In this document: piece by piece, positions 10,396 to 20,374 of the stretch
Layout of the letters: every line of letters starts with the position of its first letter
Position numbering within the stretch: position 1 is the stretch's first letter
Source: Pseudomonadota bacterium
Lineage (GTDB): Bacteria; Desulfobacterota; Binatia; Binatales; Binataceae
NCBI GenBank assembly: GCA_021324885.1
Contig: JAJPIF010000022.1
Location: 198,659 to 262,658, forward strand
DNA length: 64,000 bases
Direction: 5' to 3'
The notes under the pieces: model-generated
The model's input: the letters and a program-made list of their open reading frames with translations, nothing else
What the model was told of the DNA's origin: nothing
Database searches by the model: none
Made by a program: the position numbers and the translations under genes

Positions 10396-11019
10396 TCAGC
10401 GGCCGGTGGCGGCGCCCTCCAAAAAGATCCTGGTGACGGCGGAGCAGATGGTGTCGTCGGACAGCGGAGCCAGTTCCTTGCCGCCCATCAGTTCCTGGGA
10501 TTGCAGGAAGTACCAGAGCATCCCGAACAGGCATTGCGCCATCACGGCGGGGTCGCCGCGCTTGAGCTTGCCCCGTTTAATCCAGGTTTCGAAATAGGAC
10601 GCCAGCAGATTGCGCCCGGGCAGCCGGATTTGCTCAGTGTAGAGGCGGGCGCGGCGCGGATTGCTGAAGATTTCCCGTACCAGCACGTGTGCGACTTCCT
10701 TCTGCTCCTTGATCTGGCGCCAGATCCCCTCCACCAGCACCGGAATCCCGCTGGCCGGCGGTCGATCGCGGATCGCTTCGACCATCTCCGCGACATCCGG
10801 CACCAGGCGATAGCGATCGACCAGTTTCTGGAGCAGGACTTCCTTGCTCGGGAAGTAAAGGTAAAGCGTCGCTTTCCCGAGGCCGGCCTCGGCTGCGATT
10901 TCGTCCACCGAACTTTCGGCGAAGCCCTTGCGCGAAAACAGGTGCAGAGCGGCCTCGAGGATCTGGTCGCGGCGGGCCTCCGCATACTGGTCGTGTCTGG
11001 CGGCGGCTACACGCGGCAT
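10396..11019 (-). CDS. TetR/AcrR family transcriptional regulator
   Basis: N-terminal HTH (RRDQILEAALHLFSRKGF..TSVDEIAAEAGLGKATLYLYF). Divergent from MFS pump with operator palindrome in between. Start ambiguous (ATG 11019 or GTG 11058). Confidence 0.8.
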   Translation of the reverse strand: MPRVAAARHDQYAEARRDQILEAALHLFSRKGFAESSVDEIAAEAGLGKATLYLYFPSKEVLLQKLVDRYRLVPDVAEMVEAIRDRPPASGIPVLVEGIWRQIKEQKEVAHVLVREIFSNPRRARLYTEQIRLPGRNLLASYFETWIKRGKLKRGDPAVMAQCLFGMLWYFLQSQELMGGKELAPLSDDTICSAVTRIFLEGAATGR

Positions 11020-11039
11020 TCCTTGCTTATAACCTACCG

Positions 11040-11068
11040 GTCGGTTATTATCAATCACAATAACCGAC
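11040..11068. promoter_or_regulatory. candidate TetR operator: perfect 10-bp inverted repeat GTCGGTTATT-N9-AATAACCGAC
   Basis: Seen directly in sequence in the tetR/MFS divergent intergenic region. Confidence 0.6.
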
Positions 11069-11086
11069 TAGTTGGTTATTTATTCT

Positions 11087-12730
11087 ATGGCCGCCGCTGC
11101 ACCCAGTCTCGTACCCATCTCTGAGCTGCAGCCGCAGAAAACGGCCGCGCCGGCCGCGCGTCCGCCCGAAGCACCGGGACGTGCGCCGCACAAATGGCTG
11201 GTCGCGATCGCCGTGATGCTCGGGGCGACGCTGGAGATCCTCGACAGCTCGATCGTCAATGTCTGCCTGCCCCATATGCAGGGCAGCTTCTCGGCCAGCG
11301 TCGATGAGGTCACCTGGATCATCACCAGCTATATCGTCGCCAACGGAATCATGATTCCGCTCACCGGATGGATATCGGAAAGATTCGGGCGCAAGCGCTA
11401 CTTCCTGATCTCGGTGGGAATTTTCGTCGCCGCTTCGGCGGCTTGCGGCGCCGCGCAGTCGATGACGCAGATCGTGTTGTTCCGCCTGGTTCAGGGCGCG
11501 GCCGGAGCCGCCATGATTCCGTCCTCGCAGGCGATCCTGATGGAGACCTTCCCGCCCGGTGAGCAGGCGATGGCGATGGCGATGTACGGCGTCGGCATCG
11601 TGGCGGCGCCGGTAATGGGCCCGACGCTGGGCGGTTGGATCACCGACAACTGGTCCTGGCGCTGGAACTTCTACATCAACATTCCCATTGGCATCGTGGC
11701 CGCCATAATGGTCACCGTCTTTGTCCACGACCCGGATTTCATGCGCGAGGCGCGCAAAAAGGCGCGGCGCATCGACTACATGGGGATTGTCTATCTCGCG
11801 CTGGGCCTGGGGCTGCTTCAAATCGTGCTCGACCGGGGTCAGCGGGCCGACTGGTTCGCGGCCACCTGGGTATGCGTTTTCACCGCCAGCGCCGTCCTGA
11901 TGCTGACGATGCTGGTGATTCACGAGTTGCGCTTTCCCGAACCGATCCTGGATCTGACCATCCTCAAAATTCCGCTGTTCGTAATCGCGGTCTCGATGAT
12001 CACGTTCATGTACCTGATTCTGTACGGCGCCAACCTGCTTAATCCGCTCTTTTTCCAGGAGCTGCTCGGTTATCCGGCCTGGCGCGCCGGTCTGGCCGTG
12101 GTTCCGCGCAGCGTCGGTACGCTGATTTCGATGCTGCTGATTGCGCAGCTTGCGCGGCGCGGGCTCGACACCAGATGGCTGGTCGGGATTGGATTTGCGG
12201 GGCTGGCGTACGCGTTATGGACAATGGGGCATTGGACCCTGGACGTTGGGATGGACAACATTCGATTCGCGATTTTCCTGTCCGGGGTTGGCGGCGGTCT
12301 GATCTTTCCGACCATGTCGGCGGCCACGCTGGCGTGCGTGGAGCGCGAACGGATGGGCTATGCGGCCAGTTTGTACGCGATGATGCGCAACACCGGATCG
12401 GCGATCGGCATTTCACTGGTCAGCAACCTGCTGAGCAGCCGCGAGCAGATCCATCAGGCCTACCTCGGCGAGCACGTGACAATTTTCGACGCCTGGCGGA
12501 TAGATCAGGCGGGCGCGCGGATGCCGGGCGCTCCGCAGATGCATCTGCTGAGTGGCCTCGCCACGCATCAGCCACAGGGGTTCGCGATGATTTATCAGGA
12601 AATCCAGCGTCAGGCCGCGTTGATGACGTACAACGACATCTACCGGATGCTGGCGTTGATGGCGGCACTGCTGATTCCGAGTTTCCTGCTGCTCAAACGC
12701 ACGGCCGGCCGGCAGAGCGTGGCTCATTGA
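11087..12730 (+). CDS. MFS transporter, DHA2 (EmrB/QacA, 14-TMS) drug:H+ antiporter family
   Basis: About 547 aa; conserved N-terminal MFS motifs (LDSSIVNVCLP, GWISERFGRKR). Exact start uncertain (TTG 11072 or ATG 11087). Confidence 0.85.
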   Translation: MAAAAPSLVPISELQPQKTAAPAARPPEAPGRAPHKWLVAIAVMLGATLEILDSSIVNVCLPHMQGSFSASVDEVTWIITSYIVANGIMIPLTGWISERFGRKRYFLISVGIFVAASAACGAAQSMTQIVLFRLVQGAAGAAMIPSSQAILMETFPPGEQAMAMAMYGVGIVAAPVMGPTLGGWITDNWSWRWNFYINIPIGIVAAIMVTVFVHDPDFMREARKKARRIDYMGIVYLALGLGLLQIVLDRGQRADWFAATWVCVFTASAVLMLTMLVIHELRFPEPILDLTILKIPLFVIAVSMITFMYLILYGANLLNPLFFQELLGYPAWRAGLAVVPRSVGTLISMLLIAQLARRGLDTRWLVGIGFAGLAYALWTMGHWTLDVGMDNIRFAIFLSGVGGGLIFPTMSAATLACVERERMGYAASLYAMMRNTGSAIGISLVSNLLSSREQIHQAYLGEHVTIFDAWRIDQAGARMPGAPQMHLLSGLATHQPQGFAMIYQEIQRQAALMTYNDIYRMLALMAALLIPSFLLLKRTAGRQSVAH

Positions 12731-12841
12731 TCACCTGCCGATAATTCTGTCCTGAACCGAAAAAGGACCAGTCATGTCCTTTTAGCCGGTTGCGCGGTGC
12801 GCGGCTTCCATAGTCCAGCGAAAATGTCCTAGAATCTGAAA

Positions 12842-13795
12842 TTGGACATGAGTACCGCAAGTCTTATTGCCGGCATGTCATCGCGCAGGACCGCGAGTTT
12901 GAAGCGGCAGCGCAAGCCTCCGCTTCCGCTACGGCCGCTGCATCGGCTATGGCGCCGCACCATCGATGAGATCGAGGTGCGCAAGATCGCGCTGCCGGTA
13001 CGGCATCTGCCATCCGCACTTGAGGGCGTGACGGCATGCCAGATCAGCGACTTCCACGTCGATCGTGACGAAGACCTGACGCGATTGGGGCGCGCGGTGG
13101 AGTTGATTAACCGCCAGCAGCCGGCCCTGGTGTTCCTGACCGGGGACTATTTCTCGGGACGCGAGACGATGCGCCGCTACCTGAGCGCGTTCGGCCGCGA
13201 GTTGCGCCAGCTAACTCCGAGCGTTTGCACCTTTGCTATTCCCGGAAATCATGACCATTGGGCCTCCTTCGATGATATCGCGCGCACCTTGCGATCCGCG
13301 GGCATCGAGGTGCTCTGCAACGAGAGCCGGCGCGTGGCGGTTAACGGCGCGACGCTGACAATTGTTGGCATCGACGACCTCTGGACCCGGCGTGCGGATC
13401 CGGCGCGCGCATTCCGCAACGTCCATCCCGGGGATTGCACTTTGGTGCTGGCACATAATCCTGACACGGCTCTCTACACGCGCCATCTGGAGCCCGGGGT
13501 GATGCTGTGCGGGCACACGCACGGCGGGGTAGTACGGCTTCCCTATTATGGCAGCCCGCTCAAGTCGATTTTGAAGCTGGGCAAGCAGTTTTATGCGGGT
13601 CTTAACCGTTACCGCGATTTTTACATCTACACCAATCGCGGACTGGGCACGTTCTGGCTACGGGTGCGGATCAACTGCCGTCCCGAAGTCTCGCATTTTC
13701 GTCTGACCGCGCAATTCCCGCGTCCGCAACCTGAAAAAGTGCGCCACCTGCCCCGACGTCCCCGGTTGAAATCGCGCGGCGGACAATCCGTGTAG
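12842..13795 (+). CDS. metallophosphoesterase (calcineurin-like phosphoesterase)
   Basis: GDYFSG, GNHDHW and GHTHGG metal-binding motifs. Confidence 0.75.
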   Translation: MDMSTASLIAGMSSRRTASLKRQRKPPLPLRPLHRLWRRTIDEIEVRKIALPVRHLPSALEGVTACQISDFHVDRDEDLTRLGRAVELINRQQPALVFLTGDYFSGRETMRRYLSAFGRELRQLTPSVCTFAIPGNHDHWASFDDIARTLRSAGIEVLCNESRRVAVNGATLTIVGIDDLWTRRADPARAFRNVHPGDCTLVLAHNPDTALYTRHLEPGVMLCGHTHGGVVRLPYYGSPLKSILKLGKQFYAGLNRYRDFYIYTNRGLGTFWLRVRINCRPEVSHFRLTAQFPRPQPEKVRHLPRRPRLKSRGGQSV

Positions 13796-13867
13796 CCTGG
13801 CCCTTGGCGGGTTGGGCGCCGATTCCGTTATATTGGCCGCCGTCGTCCATCAAGCGGGAGGTCAGGC

Positions 13868-15051
13868 CATTGGCGCATTTCCTCAAGGACAAAGCTTGCG
13901 TGGCCGGTGTCGGCGAGACGCGTTATACGCGCGGCACCGACACCACCACATTACAGGATGCTCTGCTGGCATCATCCAAAGCATTGGCTGACGCGGGGTT
14001 GAAGCCGCATGACATCGACGGCATCGTGTCCAACGCGGGACTGGCGCCGGCGCCTGAAACCCTGGCTGCCAATCTCGGTATCGAGAACCTGAGATTCGCG
14101 GTTGGCAACACTGTTGGCGGCGGCGCGGGCGCATGTGCCGGATTGCAAATCGCCGCGTTGGCGATCGCGTCGGGACTCGCCCGCAACGTGCTTATGCCGG
14201 TGGGATGGCACAGCTATTCGGGACTGCGCGTGCGCAAGCTGGGCAGCGAAGTCGATCTGACGACGGTCCCGGGGCCGATCGGAGCGACGATTGCCGACTT
14301 CTACATGCCGCAGGGCGCGATGGTCCCGGCGCATTTCTACGGCTGGATGGCGACGCGTTACGTGCAGGAGTACGGTGTCCAACCGCAAGCACCCGCAGCG
14401 GTTGCGCTGGCCGCCCGCAAACATGCCCATCTAAATCCGTTGGCTTACATGCGCGGACGTCCGCTGACCATGGAAGACTATCTGAACTCGCGCATCATCT
14501 CGTATCCGTTTCGCCTCAACGATTGCTGTCTGGAGACCGACGGCGCGTGCGCGATTGTGATGACCTCGGCGGAGCAGGCGCGGGATTTGCGCAAGCCGCC
14601 GGTGTTTATCTCCGGATGCGCCGAAGGCCATCCTTATCCCGACGATGATTTCGGCGGCCGCGCCGACCTCTTGCATATCGGCCTGACCGACGCCGCGCCC
14701 AAGGCGTTCGCGATGGCCGAGGTCACCCCTGCCGACCTGGATTTCGCGGAAGTTTATGATTGCTTCACTTACGTGGTGTTGATCGAGCTGGAAGCGCTGG
14801 GCGTGTGCAAACGCGGCGAGGCTCCCGACTTTGTCCGCGATGGGCGGATCGAATTGGGCGGCGAACTCCCGATCCTGACCCACGGCGGCCTGCTTTCCGA
14901 AGCGCATCTGGCCGGCGCCGCGCATATCGTGGAGGCGGTACGCCAACTGCGGCGCGAATGCGGCGAACGCCAAGTCAGGGACGCTGAAGTCGGTGTGGTC
15001 ACGGGGTGGGGTGATTTTGGCGACGGCAGTATCGCGATTTTGCGGAGATAA
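13868..15051 (+). CDS. thiolase-like protein of the SCP-x / lipid-transfer (Ltp) clade
   Basis: ACVAGVGETRYTRG N-terminus, C-terminal ...THGGLLSEAH... thiolase motif. Start set at TTG with GGGAGG RBS (MAHFLKD...). Confidence 0.7.
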
Positions 15052-15055
15052 GCGG

Positions 15056-15469
15056 ATGAAGAAGACCAGCGGATGGCCTTTGCCCGCCCGGATGGGTCTG
15101 GCGGCCGAGTTCTATCAATTCTGTAAGCTGCATGAGTTGCGCTTCCAGCGCTGCACCGATTGTGGCACATGGCGCCATCTGCCGCGTCCGATCTGCGGCA
15201 GTTGCGGCTCGTTCAACTACCAATGGGCGCGTTCCTCGGGCAAGGGCAAGGTGTATTCCTGGATCACCGTGGCTCAGCCGATGTTGCCCGCCTTTAGCGC
15301 GGCCGCTCCATACACCGTGCCGCTGGTCGATATGGATGAGGGCGTGCGCATGGTGGCGCTTATCGAGGACACGCCACCCGAGTCGATGCGCATCGGGATG
15401 CCAGTCGAGGTCGTGTTCGATGACATGACGCCGGAAATAACCGTGCCCAGATTCAGAAGGGCCGGCTGA
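15056..15469 (+). CDS. DUF35-type Zn-ribbon/OB-fold protein (thiolase partner subunit)
   Basis: C-x2-C...C-x2-C rubredoxin-like ribbon (CTDCGTWRHLPRPICGSCGS) followed by OB-fold. Starts 5 nt after thiolase stop. Confidence 0.7.
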   Translation: MKKTSGWPLPARMGLAAEFYQFCKLHELRFQRCTDCGTWRHLPRPICGSCGSFNYQWARSSGKGKVYSWITVAQPMLPAFSAAAPYTVPLVDMDEGVRMVALIEDTPPESMRIGMPVEVVFDDMTPEITVPRFRRAG

Positions 15470-15489
15470 CGGATTTGCGCCGCGCTACG

Positions 15490-16161
15490 TTACGCAAGCA
15501 GCGCCGCGATGATTCCCGAAACAAATACGCCGTCAAACGTGCCCGCTCCACCGATCGACACCACCGGAGCATGCATATGCGCGACCTGCGGCATGTTCAG
15601 GATGTCGGCTCCGATCAAACACCCCAAAGTCCCCGCTACGAAGGCAATCGCGACCGCCGGCGCCCGAAAGGATTTAAGCAGGTATCCGGTCGCCGCTGCG
15701 ATCAGCCCCGGCACCAGTGTAGGAACGGCAATGCCGACTCCAGGCACGACTCGTGACGACCAGTAAACGAAGCCGGTGACGATCGTGGTGGCAATCGCCA
15801 TTCGGAGCACTGCTCTGAACCGTGCCAGCAGGTAAACACATACGGTCACCGGAATCAGGGCGCCGCCAAGGTTGATTGCGACAATGGTGTGGCCTGCATG
15901 GGCCACATGCGGCACCACGTAAGGGATGCCCCAGAAGTACACTATCTGGTCCTGGATTATTTTGGGCGCTGTGAGCGTTGCCACCGGAAGGTTCACGTAG
16001 CTGCCCACGATCATCCCGAACAGCAGCACCGTGACGATTCGAGGGGGGATCCCCAGGCGCTCGTAGGCGGCGCGCATGATGCCCACTTCGATGAAGGCGA
16101 ACAGCATGATCAGGAGGATCGCGAATATTCCCAGAGTTCCGGTTGTAACTGGCGGATACAT
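15490..16161 (-). CDS. polytopic membrane protein, probably DUF1614 family
   Basis: Highly hydrophobic with SIGGAGTFDG motif. Start set at internal ATG (MYPPVTTG); the listed ORF is N-terminally over-extended. Confidence 0.5.
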   Translation of the reverse strand: MYPPVTTGTLGIFAILLIMLFAFIEVGIMRAAYERLGIPPRIVTVLLFGMIVGSYVNLPVATLTAPKIIQDQIVYFWGIPYVVPHVAHAGHTIVAINLGGALIPVTVCVYLLARFRAVLRMAIATTIVTGFVYWSSRVVPGVGIAVPTLVPGLIAAATGYLLKSFRAPAVAIAFVAGTLGCLIGADILNMPQVAHMHAPVVSIGGAGTFDGVFVSGIIAALLA

Positions 16162-16338
16162 CAGCGGTTCAGATTGAAAATCCCTTCTAAATTTGTGCGT
16201 CTGTGCGCCAGGTCCGGCACGGACGAAGTTCCATAGTAGCGTATAAAAGCTTTTTCGCGATGGCTTTCTCGAAAGCGATCGTGGGCGTTGGCTATGATGC
16301 TTGTCATATGCCATGTAACATGGCATATATCTTCCGTT

Positions 16339-17259
16339 ATGAAACCCGCGCGAAATTCCTCTTCCTCGCTTTTACGGATCTATACAATGTCAGTGGCCGT
16401 AATCGCCGTGATGCTGTGGAGCGGCCAAAGTAACGCGCAAAGCGCAAGCCTGCTTAATTCAAATAACCCCGTGATCCGCTACTTCCTGGACTGGTTTCCG
16501 CGCGTCACCCGGATTCAGAACGAGCAGCCGCATTGGGTCACGCCGCTGGTCACGGTCACGCCCCGGCTGGAGGAAGAATTTCGTTACGATCAGTTCTGGC
16601 AGGCGCAGCGTTACGGTCATAGCCTGGACAACTTCGGGGGCGGCAAGGGACTGGAACTGATTCCATTTGAGAACACCGAAATCATTCTCGGGGTACCGGC
16701 GTGGATCGCGCATGGCGGCAGGAAAATCCACGGCACGAAGAAAAAAATTGCTCCCAGTGACGGCTGGGCCGATGAAACCTTTCTGGTGAAGTACCGTCTG
16801 GTATCGGCCAATGAAGACAACGGGAATTACATCGTGACCGCGTTTTTAGGCTTCAGCGCCCCCACCGGTGACGCGGCCAACAGTTCGGGCCATTTCATTT
16901 TCACCCCCACGATTGCGGCGGGTAAAGGATGGGGGAACTTCGACATCCAGAGCACGCTGGGAGTTTCATTCCCAAACGGCGGTGAGGATCGGTTGGGGAT
17001 GCCGCTGGCCTGGAACACCACTTTCCAGTACCACCTCTTCCATTACTTCTGGCCGGAGTTCGAGGTGAACCACACCTGGTGGCCCAACGGCGATCGTGCC
17101 GGGCTTAACCAGGTCTTTCTCACGCCAGGACTGTTAATCGGCAGGATTCCGATCCACGATCGGGTCGGCCTGACCTTCGGCGCCGGCTACCAGGTCGCCG
17201 TCACCCATCAGCCGCTTTACAATCACGCCGTTATTCTCACCGGCCGCATCCCGTTCTGA
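16339..17259 (+). CDS. outer-membrane beta-barrel protein (MetA-pathway/phenol-degradation-type transporter-like)
   Basis: Signal peptide (..AVIAVMLWSGQSNAQS), alternating beta-strand pattern, aromatic-rich, C-terminal Phe. Confidence 0.5.
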   Translation: MKPARNSSSSLLRIYTMSVAVIAVMLWSGQSNAQSASLLNSNNPVIRYFLDWFPRVTRIQNEQPHWVTPLVTVTPRLEEEFRYDQFWQAQRYGHSLDNFGGGKGLELIPFENTEIILGVPAWIAHGGRKIHGTKKKIAPSDGWADETFLVKYRLVSANEDNGNYIVTAFLGFSAPTGDAANSSGHFIFTPTIAAGKGWGNFDIQSTLGVSFPNGGEDRLGMPLAWNTTFQYHLFHYFWPEFEVNHTWWPNGDRAGLNQVFLTPGLLIGRIPIHDRVGLTFGAGYQVAVTHQPLYNHAVILTGRIPF

Positions 17260-17355
17260 CCGATGGAGGCGGTGCGCGCATTAAATCGGTCAGCGGTGTG
17301 TGTCATAATGAAGGTTCAAGCATCGCCCTGATGGGGCATTGAGAGGTAAACCGTT

Positions 17356-18487
17356 TTGACATTGAGCGAGATGCGAGAAGAATTAGCCGGATTGGAAGAT
17401 CGTTTCGTCAAGCTCGGGAGGCGTCTTTGACCTCGCTCAGCTCAATGCGCGCTACTCTGAACTGCTGGAAGAGTCGTCCAGACCCGACTTCTGGAACAAG
17501 CCCGAAGCCGCGCAGGCCGTGGGCAGAGAGCAGGAGGAGATAAAGGCCAAGCTGGAGGCCAATCAACGCCTGCGTAAAACGCTGGAGGAAGCGAGGCTCT
17601 TCCTCACGATGGCCGAGGAAGAGGGCACCGACGACAGCGAAGCGGCGCGCGAGACCGAAAAAACCCTCGCGGCGGCCCGCAAGGAAATCGAAGAACAGGA
17701 ACTGCAGGTGATGCTGGGCGGGGAGTTCGACCGCCTCGGCGCGATTGTGTCGATCCACCCGGGAGCGGGCGGGACCGAGGCGCAGGACTGGGCTGAGATG
17801 CTGCTGCGGATGTACCTGCGATGGGCTGAGCGGCACGGCTTCAAGGTCGAGGTCGCCGACGAGCAACCCGGCGAAGGCGCGGGGATAAAGAGTGCCACCT
17901 TCACCGTGGACGGCCCCTATGCCTACGGCTATCTCAAGGCCGAAGCCGGAATCCATCGCCTGGTGCGGATCTCGCCCTTTGACGCCAACGCGCGCCGGCA
18001 TACGTCATTCGCCTCGGTCTTCGTTTATCCGGCGATCGACGACAAGGTCGAGGTGGTGATTAACCCGGCCGACCTGCGGATCGACACTTTCCGAGCCAGC
18101 GGGGCAGGCGGGCAGCACGTCAACAAGACCGATTCCGCGGTGCGTTTCACCCATCTTCCGACCGGCATCGTCGTGACCTGCCAGAACGAACGCTCGCAGC
18201 ACAAGAACCGCGCGATGGCGATGAAGATCCTGCGCGCGCGGCTGTTCGAACTGGAGATGCGCAAGAAGCGCGAACAACTGGAGCAATTCAGCAAGGAGAA
18301 AAAGGACATCACCTGGGGCAGCCAGATCCGATCCTACGTGCTGCAACCCTATCGCATGGTCAAGGACCATCGCACCGGCGTCGAGGCCGGCAATACCGAC
18401 GCCGTGCTTGACGGCGACATCGATCAGTTCATCGAGGCCTATCTTTTAGGAGTGCGCAAAGCGGGCGCGGAAAACGCTCCGGCGTAG
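17356..18487 (+). CDS. prfB: peptide chain release factor 2, with programmed +1 ribosomal frameshift
   Basis: Frame-0 ORF (TTG 17356 or ATG 17371) ends at in-frame TGA 17428-17430 within the canonical shift site CTT TGA C, preceded by SD-like GGGAGG. +1 frame continues into the listed 17519..18487 ORF carrying SPF and GGQ motifs. Confidence 0.9.
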
Positions 18488-18641
18488 GATCGGCATAGAG
18501 GGTGGCGGTGTGCCGCAACTCTTTGCCGATTCTCCGCTAATCCCAAATAAGCTATAAATCCTCGGCGGGCCGGCTTTGGCGGGGGGACGCCTTTGTTCAG
18601 GCGCTTCAGCCTCTTAAACTGGACGCGAAAAGGAGCAACCG

Positions 18642-19835
18642 ATGAAATTCGGCCTGATGTATGAAATCGAAATGCCCAAGCCGTGGTACGAGGGCTACGA
18701 ATACGACAAGTACTGGCAGGTGATGGCGCAGATCCAGTATGCGGACGAAGTCGGATTCGACTATGTCTGGGCGGTCGAGCACCATTTCTTCGAGGAACTG
18801 TCGCATTGCAGCGCGCCCGAGATCCTGTTCGCCGCCGCCAGCCAGCGCACCAGCCGAATCCGTTTCGGCCACGGCGCAGTGCTGCTGCCGCAGCCGTATA
18901 ACCATCCGGTGCGCGTGGCCGAGCGCATCGGCGCATTGGATATCCTCAGCAACGGCCGGCTCGACGTCGGCTTCGCGCGCTCCACCACGCTCAACGAGAT
19001 GGGGGGCTTCGGAATCGATCCGGCCGACACGCGCCCGATGATGGATGAGGCGCTGCAGATCATTCCGCAACTGATGACCACCGACCGTTTCCCGGGCTAC
19101 CAGGGCAAATACTTTACCGTCGGCCCCAATCGCAACGTGCTGCCCAAGCCGATCCAGAAGCCCCATCCGCCGATGTGGATGGCGTGCTCCTCGCCCGACA
19201 GTTTTAATTTGGCGGCCAATTACGGGTTGGGCGTGCTGTGCTTCAATATCGCGCGCGCCGACACCCTGGAGCAGCGCGTGCGCAACTACCGCGAGCAGAT
19301 CAAAACGCCAAAAAACCAGGTTACCGCGCAGGTTAACAATCGCATCGCCGCTTTTCTGATGACCTTGTGCGGCGAGAACAACGATCAAACCATCGCGATG
19401 GCGGGCGAAGGGATGCAATGGTACATGTCGCTGCTGCGCGGCCAGGCGCCCTTCTGGATGCATTTGCACGAGCAGAACCGATCCGAGGTCTTTGCCCAGA
19501 TCGAGAGCTATAAGTACGCGGCTCAACGCGCTCCCGAGGCTTTCTTTTTCGGCAGAAAGCAGGCGGACGAGAAAAAGGCCAAGGATCAGCTAACACCCAA
19601 CGCGCTGGTGGACAGCGGCTTGCTGTGCGCCGGTAACCCCGACACCTGTATCAAGGTGCTCGAGCGCTTTGCCAAACTCGGAGTGGACATGATCCTGTGC
19701 TTCATGGAGATGGGGCGAGTGCCGCACGCCAAAACCATGGAGTCGATCCGGATGTTTGGCAAGTATATTATCCCCTATTTCAAGGGGCGCAGTGATTGGC
19801 AGGCCGAATCCACGGTGCAAGCCCAAGCCCGCTAA
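18642..19835 (+). CDS. LLM-class flavin-dependent oxidoreductase (luciferase-like monooxygenase)
   Basis: 397 aa; MKFGLMYEIE...YVWAVEHHF... typical N-terminal LLM signature. Confidence 0.8.
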   Translation: MKFGLMYEIEMPKPWYEGYEYDKYWQVMAQIQYADEVGFDYVWAVEHHFFEELSHCSAPEILFAAASQRTSRIRFGHGAVLLPQPYNHPVRVAERIGALDILSNGRLDVGFARSTTLNEMGGFGIDPADTRPMMDEALQIIPQLMTTDRFPGYQGKYFTVGPNRNVLPKPIQKPHPPMWMACSSPDSFNLAANYGLGVLCFNIARADTLEQRVRNYREQIKTPKNQVTAQVNNRIAAFLMTLCGENNDQTIAMAGEGMQWYMSLLRGQAPFWMHLHEQNRSEVFAQIESYKYAAQRAPEAFFFGRKQADEKKAKDQLTPNALVDSGLLCAGNPDTCIKVLERFAKLGVDMILCFMEMGRVPHAKTMESIRMFGKYIIPYFKGRSDWQAESTVQAQAR

Positions 19836-19862
19836 GCTCACACAAGGAGGAAAGAGTCTGCC

Positions 19863-20132
19863 GTGCCGGAAAAGGAGCTAGACCAGGGAAGACTGTGGTG
19901 GCCACCCGGCCTACCCGCCCAGGAAGTCGTTCATATAACCTTCAACCTCGCGCTCAAGGACAAGCCTCAACGGCTCACGTGCGAGGATTACGATACCAGG
20001 GAGCCATTCGAGGTCGAGACCGAGTTCAATCAGCAGGGTTTCGGCGCCTGGACCAGGTGGACCGGTGCAACGCTGCGGTTCAAGCGGCCTGAGCAAAGAG
20101 CCCGGCCTTTTCGCTGGAGGATTTACGGGTAG
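19863..20132 (+). CDS. small hypothetical protein, co-transcribed with upstream LLM oxidoreductase
   Basis: GTG start with AGGAGG RBS; followed by strong intrinsic terminator. Confidence 0.45.
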   Translation: MPEKELDQGRLWWPPGLPAQEVVHITFNLALKDKPQRLTCEDYDTREPFEVETEFNQQGFGAWTRWTGATLRFKRPEQRARPFRWRIYG

Positions 20133-20176
20133 ATCAGGGTTGCGAATTTCCGCCGGGCCTGCACCCGCCTGAAAGT

Positions 20177-20224
20177 TTGTGTCCGTTGGGAACATCGTTC
20201 CGCACCTAACGGACACATTTTTTT
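20177..20224 (+). terminator. rho-independent terminator
   Basis: GTGTCCGTT ...(inner GGAAC/GTTCC pairing)... AACGGACAC followed by T8. Confidence 0.75.
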
Positions 20225-20374
20225 TGATTCTCCATCAGCGCCTTAAGCCATAACCGCACTTGCCTTGCCCTAAAAGCATTGGCATGCTGCTTGCCTTTAT
20301 TCACGCTCGGAACACGAGGCTTCCGGTGAGGCAGCAGCGTCGCAAGCCGGCGTCAGGTGAAGGGAGAATAGGGA

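Noticed and set aside
12731-12841. Short inverted repeats (AAAAGGAC..GTCCTTTT; ATGTCC..GGACAT) after the MFS gene
   Set aside because: Stems only 4-6 GC pairs, weak as terminators; noted but not called
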